A stretch of 64,000 nt of DNA from Bacteroidota bacterium (GCA_020048915.1 JAIFLU010000074.1:4148-68147), one strand, 5' to 3'. Shown: positions 1 to 7,765, counted from the stretch's first letter. Numbers and translations: made by a program. Notes: a model not told the origin generated them from the sequence alone.

Positions 1-318
1 GGAATCACCGATTGTTAAGGGCTTGCATCTATTCATCCCCTTGGTTAAAAGGCGTTGCCGATTTGTAAAAGCGCCCCAAACTGGTTACATTTAGCCACGG
101 TACAGCAGCCAACTTGATTATCGTATATAAGCCAACGTTTTAGAGGAGGTACATCCAGTTAGAACTGGTTATTTGAGGTTTGGTAGCGGGTAACTAAGGT
201 ATTGTAAAAACGAGTAGTATATTGAATATGTAAGTATTTGAAAATATGAATGACCTTTAATAATGAGATATAACAGTGTTGTTGATATACATAAGTTTTA
301 CACCATAGTAAAAAACCA
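1..318. repeat. Non-coding direct repeat, copy A (runs off the window edge); partner at 2295-2614
   Basis: By-eye alignment to 2295-2614 in the same orientation. Shared perfect blocks: aaaagcgccccaaac, ggttacattta, aacttgattat, gccaacgttt, tttggtagcgggtaac, ttgtaaaaac. Stop codons occur in all six frames. Confidence 0.8.
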
Positions 319-346
319 TTCTGCAAAGTTTGATAGGTAGAAGATA

Positions 347-354
347 GTAAATTT
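347..354 (+). promoter_or_regulatory. Candidate Bacteroidota -7 promoter box (TAAATTTG = TAnnTTTG)
   Basis: Exact match to the TAnnTTTG consensus, 27 nt upstream of the ATG at 381. A TTTG lies at 329-332, which is closer to the -7 box than typical -33 spacing. Confidence 0.4.
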
Positions 355-380
355 GAATTTTTGAATCTAAATTGAATAGT

Positions 381-1121
381 ATGAAAAAAATCTTTCGTTA
401 TTTATTTTTTATTATTGCATTTGCTTCGTGTTCTAAAGCAATAGTTTCTGTTTCAGAAAAGCAATTTCCTTCAATTAGTTTGATAAATCATTACGAGTTT
501 TTTAAAGGTGAACATGAATTTAAACAATTAGGAACGGCTTTTTTACTCAAATATAAGAATGACACTTTTGCAATTACTGCAAAACATATTCTTGCAGTAC
601 TTAAACCAGATAGTTCAAAAAACCTTACACTGGAAAATTTTGTAAAAGCCTGGACTATGAGTCCATTAAATAAAGAAAATGAAATTGTTATTGTTGATAA
701 ATTATTAAACGAGAATAAAAATGAAAGTTTAAAATCTGAAACTCTTTACGAAAAAGATTGGCTCGTTTTTTCAATAAAAGAAAATAGAGCAAGTGTTATT
801 CCTCTCGAATTTCGGGAAAAACCATTAGTAAAAGGGGAAAAACTATATGCAATAGGTTGGACACGACACATGAAAGAAGGTAATCAGCGTGTTTATGAAT
901 TTGAATTCTATAAAACTAAAGGAACCCATCATTTAATGAAGAAACTTATAATCCCAGAAAAAATGGGTGGTATGAGTGGAGGGCCTGTTGTTGACGAAGA
1001 TGGTAAATTAGTTGGAATAGTATCAATAAGTGAATTTAGCTTTTTTGCAATGGAAAACATGCTTGCTCCTGTAGGTACGGTTGATTTAAAAGCATTCTTG
1101 GACAATTATCTAAACAAATAA
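381..1121 (+). CDS. Exported trypsin-like (S1/Trypsin_2-type) serine peptidase lipoprotein
   Basis: Lipoprotein signal MKKIFRYLFFIIAFASC. Catalytic-triad contexts are ITAKHIL (His), EKDWLVF (Asp) and GGMSGGPVVD (Ser). The ORF-track start at 372 is TTG, so the ATG at 381 is preferred. Confidence 0.8.
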   Translation: MKKIFRYLFFIIAFASCSKAIVSVSEKQFPSISLINHYEFFKGEHEFKQLGTAFLLKYKNDTFAITAKHILAVLKPDSSKNLTLENFVKAWTMSPLNKENEIVIVDKLLNENKNESLKSETLYEKDWLVFSIKENRASVIPLEFREKPLVKGEKLYAIGWTRHMKEGNQRVYEFEFYKTKGTHHLMKKLIIPEKMGGMSGGPVVDEDGKLVGIVSISEFSFFAMENMLAPVGTVDLKAFLDNYLNK

Positions 1122-1344
1122 GCCAAGAGGTAATTTATTAATGCTATAAACTAAGGTGTAAAACAAACTGTCAAAATTAATGCGGCCGGAAGTGGCACAT
1201 TGAAAAATTTTTACCTTTAACAAAAAGTGTTGCGATAAGTGAAGGAATGGTGATTTACTGCCACACTAATTTTACTACCAACATTAGCGGCTATTTTACC
1301 GAACCGACCGCAAACAGCGAACTGAAAAATATTAGACGAAATAA

Positions 1345-2061
1345 ATGAATTGTAAAAACTGCAACACCAAAGTAAATTCTAACTATTGTCCAAACTGCGG
1401 ACAAGTAAAAAACGTGAAAAGAATAGACGGACATTACATAGTTCACGAAATTGAACACGTTCTGCATTTTGAACGTGGCATTTTTTACACAATCCGTGAA
1501 CTCACAACCAATCCAGGGGAAAACATTCGAAAATATCTTTCAGAAAACAGAAGTCGATTGGTAAAACCTATCATATTCATTATCATAACTTCATTGATTT
1601 ATACACTTTTAAATCACTTTTTCCATGTCGAAGACGGTTATGTGAAATATCACGAAGCTAAACCATCCACTGTAGGCTCAATTGTAAAATGGGTACAAGA
1701 CCATTATGGCTATGCTAACATTATTATGGGTGTATTTATTGCTCTATGGTTAAAACTGTTTTTTAGAAAGTATAACTATAACTTTTTCGAAATTCTGATA
1801 ATGCTTTGCTTTGTTATGGGAATGGGAATGTTGATTTTTTCAGTTTTTGTAATTTTACAAGGTCTGATGCATTTTAATGTAATGACTGTTGCAGGAATGG
1901 CAGGTATTTCTTATTCTGCTTGGGCAATCGGACATTTTTTTGACAAGAAAAAAGTAGCGAGCTACATAAAAGCAATCATTGCCTATATTTTAGGGATGAT
2001 TACATTCTGGATTATTCCATTTCTTTTAGGAACAATAATAGATCTATTAAGCAAACATTAA
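1345..2061 (+). CDS. DUF3667-like membrane protein with N-terminal zinc ribbon
   Basis: The N-terminus MNCKNCNTKVNSNYCPNCGQ carries CxxC-x8-CxxC. It is followed by HEIEHV...GIFYTIRELTTNPG and 4-5 hydrophobic helices. Confidence 0.7.
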   Translation: MNCKNCNTKVNSNYCPNCGQVKNVKRIDGHYIVHEIEHVLHFERGIFYTIRELTTNPGENIRKYLSENRSRLVKPIIFIIITSLIYTLLNHFFHVEDGYVKYHEAKPSTVGSIVKWVQDHYGYANIIMGVFIALWLKLFFRKYNYNFFEILIMLCFVMGMGMLIFSVFVILQGLMHFNVMTVAGMAGISYSAWAIGHFFDKKKVASYIKAIIAYILGMITFWIIPFLLGTIIDLLSKH

Positions 2062-2066
2062 AAGAT

Positions 2067-2258
2067 ATGAAGAACAAAATAGGTTTCAACTTTCTTTTTG
2101 CACTAATTTCTTTTCCGATTGGATTGGCATTGCTTCGGGAATTTGACTTCGAAACCTTTACATTTAAAAAAACGGCATTAGGTATTCTTTACCTTATTAC
2201 CTTTGTCGTAACAATTTATCTGACATTTAAAAAGAAAACAAAATCACCAGAACAATAA
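2067..2258 (+). CDS. Small two-TM membrane protein (63 aa)
   Basis: Starts 5 nt after the DUF3667 stop. It has two hydrophobic helices and a basic C-terminal tail (KKKTKSPEQ). Confidence 0.5.
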   Translation: MKNKIGFNFLFALISFPIGLALLREFDFETFTFKKTALGILYLITFVVTIYLTFKKKTKSPEQ

Positions 2259-2294
2259 AAACAGTCGCTAACTTCCTGTAAATTTTAATGGGGC

Positions 2295-2614
2295 AGAATT
2301 TTGGATTGTAAAGTGCTTGCATTTATTCACCCCTTGGTTAAAACCGGTGTTCCCGATTTGGAAAAGCGCCCCAAACCGGTTACATTTATCAGCGAAACAG
2401 CAGCCAAACTTGATTATTGTGCGAAGGCCAACGTTTGAGAGGGGGTATATTCAATTAGAACTTGTTAGTTGCATTTGGTAGCGGGTAACCAAAGTTTTGT
2501 AAAAACAAGGAGGGCGTTGAAAATGCATGTGTTTGAAAATTGGGATGGTCTTCATTAATTTGAGACATAGCAGCAATGCTGATTTAGGTAAGTTTAGCGG
2601 TTGTTAAAAAAAAC
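2295..2614. repeat. Non-coding direct repeat, copy B
   Basis: Aligns with 1-318 (see copy A). It lies between the cassette and a convergent sigma-factor gene, and no intact gene follows it on the plus strand. Confidence 0.8.
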
Positions 2615-2618
2615 AAAA

Positions 2619-2648
2619 ATGAAAAAAGGATTTTTATTAGCTTTCTAG
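2619..2648 (+). pseudogene. Orphan 9-codon signal-peptide-like stub (MKKGFLLAF-stop) after repeat copy B
   Basis: The sequence atgaaaaaaggatttttattagctttctag sits where copy A is followed, farther downstream, by the protease start MKKIF. It ends 2 nt before the stop codon of the convergent sigma gene. Confidence 0.3.
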
Positions 2649-2650
2649 TT

Positions 2651-3256
2651 TTAATTTAGGGAGATGTGATTGCCAAAAATCAATAAAATTATGGGGAAGT
2701 AATCTTTCAGGTCGAGTTTGAGCTTAAGGAGTGCTCTGTAAATCTGAACTTTAACAGTATTCGTCGAAATTCCAAGCATTTCGGCAATTTCAGCGTGCGA
2801 TTTATGATGTACCCGGCTAAGGATGAATATTTCGCGACAATGATCGGGAAGTGAATTTACAGTCTTTTCAATAGCGGCCTGCAATTCCTGTAAAGCAAGG
2901 TTGGCCATTGGGTAATCGGTTGAAACGGGTGAAATAAGTTCGCTCAGTGGAATAGCAAGTTCCGATTCGTTAAAAGTTTTTTTATTTTTCAGAATACGTC
3001 CGCTATAGTTAATGCATCCATTGTGAACGGACGTATAGAGATATCCGGAAATGGAAGTGTTTACTAGGGTGGATAACCGGTTTTGCCACCAACGGATAAA
3101 AACGTCCTTTACTATATCAGCCGATGCATCGTAATCGTGTATCATGCTTTTGGCATACTTGCATAAACGCGGATAATAACTTTTAAAAACGAGCTCAAAC
3201 GATTTGATGTTGCCGTTTTTTATATCACAAAGTAAGGTTTTTTCAATATCGGTCAT
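2651..3256 (-). CDS. ECF-type RNA polymerase sigma-70 family factor
   Basis: Region 2-like FELVFKSYYPRLCKYA...DIVKDVFIRWW and region 4 HTH SHAEIAEMLGISTNTVKVQIYRALLKLK. The ATG at 3256 is preferred over the TTG at 3289. Confidence 0.85.
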   Translation of the reverse strand: MTDIEKTLLCDIKNGNIKSFELVFKSYYPRLCKYAKSMIHDYDASADIVKDVFIRWWQNRLSTLVNTSISGYLYTSVHNGCINYSGRILKNKKTFNESELAIPLSELISPVSTDYPMANLALQELQAAIEKTVNSLPDHCREIFILSRVHHKSHAEIAEMLGISTNTVKVQIYRALLKLKLDLKDYFPIILLIFGNHISLN

Positions 3257-3477
3257 ATCACCAAATATAGGTGGAACAATATTAATCAAAAATGTCGGTT
3301 GCTGGTTATAAAAAGTTTGTTGTTCAGGGCTAATACAAGAATAGGAAGGATCCGAATTAAATGTTTCACTATTTAATTTGGGAATTCGTGTTAAATAAAA
3401 AACTTACAATTATTAACTTCTTTTTTTCTTTTCTTCACCTTATCTTTCCGGGGCTGCGCTAGTGTTATTATGAAGAA

Positions 3478-3996
3478 TTAAGGAATTCTAAAAAATACGC
3501 TAACAGCAAGGTTAGGCATTACCGGGTAAATCCAAAATCCCAGGTCATAATCGTTTACTTTTTTGGTTACCTGTCCTAAAAAGATAAGATAGAACCCTCC
3601 CTTAATATCAACACCAATTTTTTTTGAAAGGTAGAATTCTTTGCCAATTCCGGGGTTTATGGGGAACAGTTTATACGATTTGCTGAATTTATCATAAAAC
3701 AGATAACGAAGGTTCAAGCAGAGGTAACTCGTTTTAAAATCATACCGGTTTATCCCTCCAAAGTACAGACTATTGTTAAGCATATAAATTTTCGCCTTCC
3801 CCGATTCGCAAGGATACCGGTTACTAAGCTCGCCGTAACTAAACCCAATCGAATAATTATTGATATTACAGGCTAAGCCTGCATGATTTCCTTCAAAAAA
3901 ACCATGTCCCACCAAAGCCTTAACATTCCAATTCTTCTGGCTAAATAACGGGTTGGTAAGCATTGTAAAAACAATTAGCATCAGATATTTAATCAT
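3478..3996 (-). CDS. Small predicted outer-membrane beta-barrel protein
   Basis: Signal peptide MIKYLMLIVFTMLTNPLFSQ. The rest shows an alternating hydrophobic, aromatic-rich strand pattern and no recognisable enzymatic motif. Confidence 0.5.
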   Translation of the reverse strand: MIKYLMLIVFTMLTNPLFSQKNWNVKALVGHGFFEGNHAGLACNINNYSIGFSYGELSNRYPCESGKAKIYMLNNSLYFGGINRYDFKTSYLCLNLRYLFYDKFSKSYKLFPINPGIGKEFYLSKKIGVDIKGGFYLIFLGQVTKKVNDYDLGFWIYPVMPNLAVSVFFRIP

Positions 3997-4210
3997 TTTG
4001 GGATAATGGTGTTGGTTTTCCATGCTATTAGAGTTGCTCCTGAAACAAACAAATTTACAGTTGTGAAAATGCAAAGCAAGGTATCACTTAATTCATTCTT
4101 TTACAAGGAGCATTTCAATAAGATTGGGGAGGGTGAATATATTTTGTAATGGCCGTAAGTATTTAGTAGTAAGTAGTAAGTGGCAGAAATATTTAGCTCT
4201 TTAAATAATA

Positions 4211-4248
4211 AAAACCCCCTTCGGAATTTGACTTCTGAAGGGGGTTTT
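4211..4248 (-). terminator. Intrinsic terminator hairpin downstream of the BlaR1-like gene
   Basis: An 8-bp GC-rich stem, cccccttc (4215-4222) with gaaggggg (4237-4244), is flanked by aaaa and tttt. Confidence 0.75.
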
Positions 4249-4307
4249 ACTATTAGAATTTAAATTATGAATTTGTCATATTTATTAAATTAGTTTGTAT
4301 AAAGAAT

Positions 4308-5753
4308 CTACCAATTTTTCGCATAAATACCTCTAACTGCCATTACTTTACAGGCATTATCTTTAAAACTAATCGCATAGCCAGTCTGATCTATTGATCC
4401 GGCTTCTGTTTCAATCACTACAAAATTTGGCGCGTTTTTAATCGCTTTTATAACTTCATCCAAAATATCAGGATCCTCTTTAAATTGAAGTTCTTTAGGG
4501 AAATCGAGAGACATTGTTCCTTTTTTCACATTAAGCACTTTACCATTTTTATCTACAATAATTTCAACAAAAACTCCTCTTCTCTCAGAATTGCCTATTT
4601 GCTCGGATGATAAAGCGACATTCTTCATTATAAAATTCCCGAATGCCTCATTGCTTTTATAGAAGTCACTAGTTCCATTAAAAAGAGGCAATGGCATTGG
4701 TGGCGGTGGAGGAGGAGGTGGTGGAGGCGGCGGAATAGACTGATCTCCCATCTTTTTTGCAGGTGGAGGTGGCGGCGGAGGAGGTGGCGGAACCTTCGAA
4801 TTAAACGAGGTCTTTACCGTATCCTTTGAACTGTCATTTTGTTTTTCAACTTTTTTTACAACCTTTTTAGTCTCCTGCGCAAAATTAATGTGCGACAGCG
4901 ACTCGGTAGCAATAATAGCAACAATTAGCATTGCCAGAATTGCAAACCATTTTTTAGAGCGGTTATTATTTGTTATCATAAAAATACGTTTTTTAGTTAA
5001 GGAACTGCTAAAACCGTTTACCGACAGCGGAATTGATAATCCGCATGCCTGTTTGAGCAAAAGCTGCCTGTAGTCTAATGCCGATGTTTCTTTGTTCAAT
5101 GCTTCCTCATCGGCCAAATATTCGTGAATTTCCTTCACGGTACGGCGTATGTGCCAGGCGATGGGGTTAAACCACTGAATAGCTACAAAAACTTCGAGTA
5201 AAAATACATCCAGCGAATGCCACTGACGGATATGTGCCCTCTCGTGGTGCAGCATTGCGCTACTTTCTGCATCCGAAAGGAATTGCCTGTTGATAAAAAT
5301 GAGATGAAAAAACGAAAACGGGGGATTATCCTTTGGAATAAATACCAACCGGTCGTTGCCAATTTTATGTATGCCAAATTTAACGATTTGAAATCCTAAA
5401 AATACCAGGCCAATTATCAAGCGGAGAACAATACTTCCCAATAAGATACAATAAACATTAAATGCCCATTTAGCAACCAAAGGAGAAACAAAAATCGTAG
5501 TACCAATTGATGCGGGAGAAGAACTCTGAGAATCCCTTAATAATTGGGTAAGATAGTATGCGGGTATTTCAATCCAAGCCTCGCGATGATACGACGGAAT
5601 GAATTTTAAGGCAGGAATCAGCAATGATGCCAGGATGGTGATAATGAAATAGAACCGGAGCCAGCGAAATGCCTGGCTGTTTCGCATGAAGCAATAATAT
5701 AAAAGGTATGCTATAGCTATGCCTGTGGACGATTTTATGATATATTCGACCAT
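4308..5753 (-). CDS. BlaR1/MecR1-family M56 peptidase-domain membrane sensor with poly-proline linker and TonB-C-like domain
   Basis: Four or so N-terminal TM helices and the HEXXH motif HHERAHIRQWH. There is a later TM helix, Pro10 and Pro12 tracts, and a C-terminal domain. It lies immediately downstream of the blaI-like gene. Confidence 0.8.
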   Translation of the reverse strand: MVEYIIKSSTGIAIAYLLYYCFMRNSQAFRWLRFYFIITILASLLIPALKFIPSYHREAWIEIPAYYLTQLLRDSQSSSPASIGTTIFVSPLVAKWAFNVYCILLGSIVLRLIIGLVFLGFQIVKFGIHKIGNDRLVFIPKDNPPFSFFHLIFINRQFLSDAESSAMLHHERAHIRQWHSLDVFLLEVFVAIQWFNPIAWHIRRTVKEIHEYLADEEALNKETSALDYRQLLLKQACGLSIPLSVNGFSSSLTKKRIFMITNNNRSKKWFAILAMLIVAIIATESLSHINFAQETKKVVKKVEKQNDSSKDTVKTSFNSKVPPPPPPPPPPAKKMGDQSIPPPPPPPPPPPPMPLPLFNGTSDFYKSNEAFGNFIMKNVALSSEQIGNSERRGVFVEIIVDKNGKVLNVKKGTMSLDFPKELQFKEDPDILDEVIKAIKNAPNFVVIETEAGSIDQTGYAISFKDNACKVMAVRGIYAKNW

Positions 5754-5763
5754 ATCCTGAGAA

Positions 5764-6144
5764 TTAAGATGTTTCCTGTTTTTTCTTCATTTCATCCTGT
5801 AATACTTTCATCATTTCTCCCATTTCTTCGATGGTAACTTCTTTGTCGCGTGCAAAAAACGAAACCATTTTTTCGTAGGAGTTGCTGAAATAGTTTTTCA
5901 CCACATTCCCCATAAAAGCCCGCGTGTATTCGTCTTTCGATACAACGGGGAAGTATTCATGAATCTTTCCGTATACGGTATGGTCAACAAACCCTTTTGT
6001 CTCGAGAATTTTTACAACTGTCGAAATGGTTGTGTTGGCAGGTTTGGGATCGGAGAACCTCTCGGCTATGTCCTTTATAAATCCTTTCTTCAAATCCCAC
6101 AGGATCTGCATTACCTGTTCTTCCGCTTTTGTGAGTTCTTTCAT
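5764..6144 (-). CDS. BlaI/MecI/CopY-family transcriptional repressor
   Basis: Winged-helix N-terminus LTKAEEQVMQILWDLKKGFIKDI...NTTISTVVKILETKGFV. It sits 10 nt upstream of the M56 sensor gene. The ATG at 6144 is preferred over the TTG at 6156. Confidence 0.85.
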   Translation of the reverse strand: MKELTKAEEQVMQILWDLKKGFIKDIAERFSDPKPANTTISTVVKILETKGFVDHTVYGKIHEYFPVVSKDEYTRAFMGNVVKNYFSNSYEKMVSFFARDKEVTIEEMGEMMKVLQDEMKKKQETS

Positions 6145-6173
6145 TGTTCTTATCAAATTGGCAGAACAAACAT

Positions 6174-6193
6174 ACGACTAAAAAACTAGTCGT
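6174..6193. promoter_or_regulatory. Candidate BlaI-family operator: perfect palindrome ACGACTA-N6-TAGTCGT
   Basis: 7-bp perfect inverted arms with a 6-nt spacer, 30 nt upstream of the blaI-like ATG. Confidence 0.5.
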
Positions 6194-6259
6194 GCAACTA
6201 AATTTATAGATTTATAACTATTTTTTTAAATAATTTTTAATTCGTTGATATTAAACAAA

Positions 6260-6289
6260 GAAGCCTTGCTTTTTAAAAAGCAAGGCTTC
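6260..6289 (-). terminator. Terminator hairpin downstream of the ABM-domain gene
   Basis: Perfect 10-bp stem gaagccttgc/gcaaggcttc with the loop tttttaaaaa. Confidence 0.7.
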
Positions 6290-6358
6290 TTGAACGGAAG
6301 AACAGGCATGCGTTTGAAATGTGCACCATTTCTTCCCATAAATTATAATAACAGATTT

Positions 6359-6808
6359 TTACTTCTTCTCTTCCTTCGCAATGTCGTAAATAATTATTTC
6401 GGTAGCTTTTGCAGTAAGCGGGCCTATCTTGTCGCCAAACGATTTGAAATATGCGGCTGCAAAATGTGCGTCAATGGCTGCCTGGTTTTTGTAAGTTTCG
6501 AATACCAAAAAATTACTTTTTTCGTATGGATTTTGAAACAGTTCATAACCGGTACAACCAGGTTCTTTCACAGTGCTGTCGATCATGGCTTTAAAAAGCT
6601 GGGTAAATTCAGCTTCTTTACCTGCTTTTATATAAATTTTAGCGGCAATAATTTTGGCATAATCGGCATGTTGTTTACAGGTAGAATCTGATTTGCAGCA
6701 GGTAGAATCTTTTTTAGCAGTTTCACTTCCTTCTTTTGGAGGAGGAGTGTTGCACGATACTAAAAATGCAATAACAGTAAAGGTGAGGAAAAACGATTTT
6801 GTTTTCAT
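6359..6808 (-). CDS. Exported lipoprotein with antibiotic-biosynthesis-monooxygenase (ABM/Dabb) domain
   Basis: Lipobox FLVSC and a Cys-rich linker CCKSDSTC. The ABM-like core is KIYIKAGKEAEF...EPGCTGYELFQNP...FLVFETYKNQAAIDAHF. Confidence 0.65.
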   Translation of the reverse strand: MKTKSFFLTFTVIAFLVSCNTPPPKEGSETAKKDSTCCKSDSTCKQHADYAKIIAAKIYIKAGKEAEFTQLFKAMIDSTVKEPGCTGYELFQNPYEKSNFLVFETYKNQAAIDAHFAAAYFKSFGDKIGPLTAKATEIIIYDIAKEEKK

Positions 6809-7027
6809 AGGGTGGAAGAGTTAATGAAATTAGTGGTTAATAATTTAATTGTCGATTAATATAAATTGTCATCCAAATATATTGAAAATAACAAAATCTG
6901 CTCTAATTCCGCCAACCTTTCTATTTACATGACGAAAAGATTTTAATAACGATTGTTAACCCGAAAATAGCTGTTATTTTTGGCGATTATTATAATTGAA
7001 GTATTTAACTGGAAATTAAATTTAGCT

Positions 7028-7672
7028 ATGCTGGTAGAATTATTTAAAACGGTAACCGATTGGTACATGTCCCATATGAATTATGGAACTATAACACTTT
7101 TAATGGCAGTTGAAAGCTCATTTATCCCCTTCCCATCGGAAATTGTTATCCCCCCGGCAGCCTGGAAAGCAGCAGATCCGGCAGGAGGATTAAATATTTA
7201 TCTGGTTGTAGTTTTCTCTACAATAGGTTGCCTTATAGGAGCATTGTTCAATTATTTCATCGCCTATTTTCTGGGGCGAAAAATCATTTACTCTTTAGCA
7301 GAATCAAAGTATGCCCGTTTCTTTTTAATTAATAGGGAGTCGGTTGAGAAATCGGAGCAATATTTTGTAAAACATGGGCGTACATCAACATTGATAGGTC
7401 GTTTGGTACCAGGCGTCCGTCAGCTTATCTCCATTCCTGCCGGACTTGCTAAAATGAATATGCGCGATTTTATTATTTTTACAGCCATAGGTTCCACAAT
7501 TTGGAATATTTGCCTCGCCATGCTGGGGTATTTCTTTTATTCGCAAAAAGAACTACTTGATAAATATTATAAGGAACTTACATACGGACTTTTAATTCTG
7601 GGCGTTCTATTTATTATCTATTTAGTTTTTAAGGCTCGAAAAAAACACATTAAAAAACAAGAAGCTAAATAA
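7028..7672 (+). CDS. DedA-family membrane protein
   Basis: VESSFIPFPSE motif, GRLVPGVRQLISIPAG and multiple TM helices. The ATG at 7028 is preferred over the TTG at 6980. Confidence 0.85.
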   Translation: MLVELFKTVTDWYMSHMNYGTITLLMAVESSFIPFPSEIVIPPAAWKAADPAGGLNIYLVVVFSTIGCLIGALFNYFIAYFLGRKIIYSLAESKYARFFLINRESVEKSEQYFVKHGRTSTLIGRLVPGVRQLISIPAGLAKMNMRDFIIFTAIGSTIWNICLAMLGYFFYSQKELLDKYYKELTYGLLILGVLFIIYLVFKARKKHIKKQEAK

Positions 7673-7765
7673 TGGCATGAAGCATCCATACCGGTAAACT
7701 CAATATGCAAGGTTATAACCATCGGGATTCTTAGGACTTAAATTTATTACATAAATATCTGACGG

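Noticed and set aside
1-318. Possibility that the direct repeat is a decayed protein-coding remnant. One minus-strand stretch translates similarly in both copies: KCN[QR]FGAL[LF]QIGN.
   Set aside because: The similarity covers only about 14 codons of an almost identical nucleotide block. A 1-nt indel shifts the frame between the copies, and stops interrupt every frame within about 100 nt.
4698-4790. GG-rich reiterated sequence considered as a simple-sequence repeat or CRISPR-like array
   Set aside because: It lies in frame inside the BlaR1-like CDS and simply encodes poly-proline. There is no repeat-spacer organisation.
6245-6691. 148-aa plus-strand ORF
   Set aside because: It is entirely antisense to the ABM-domain lipoprotein gene, which has a signal peptide and recognisable domain. 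This ORF has no motifs and odd composition.
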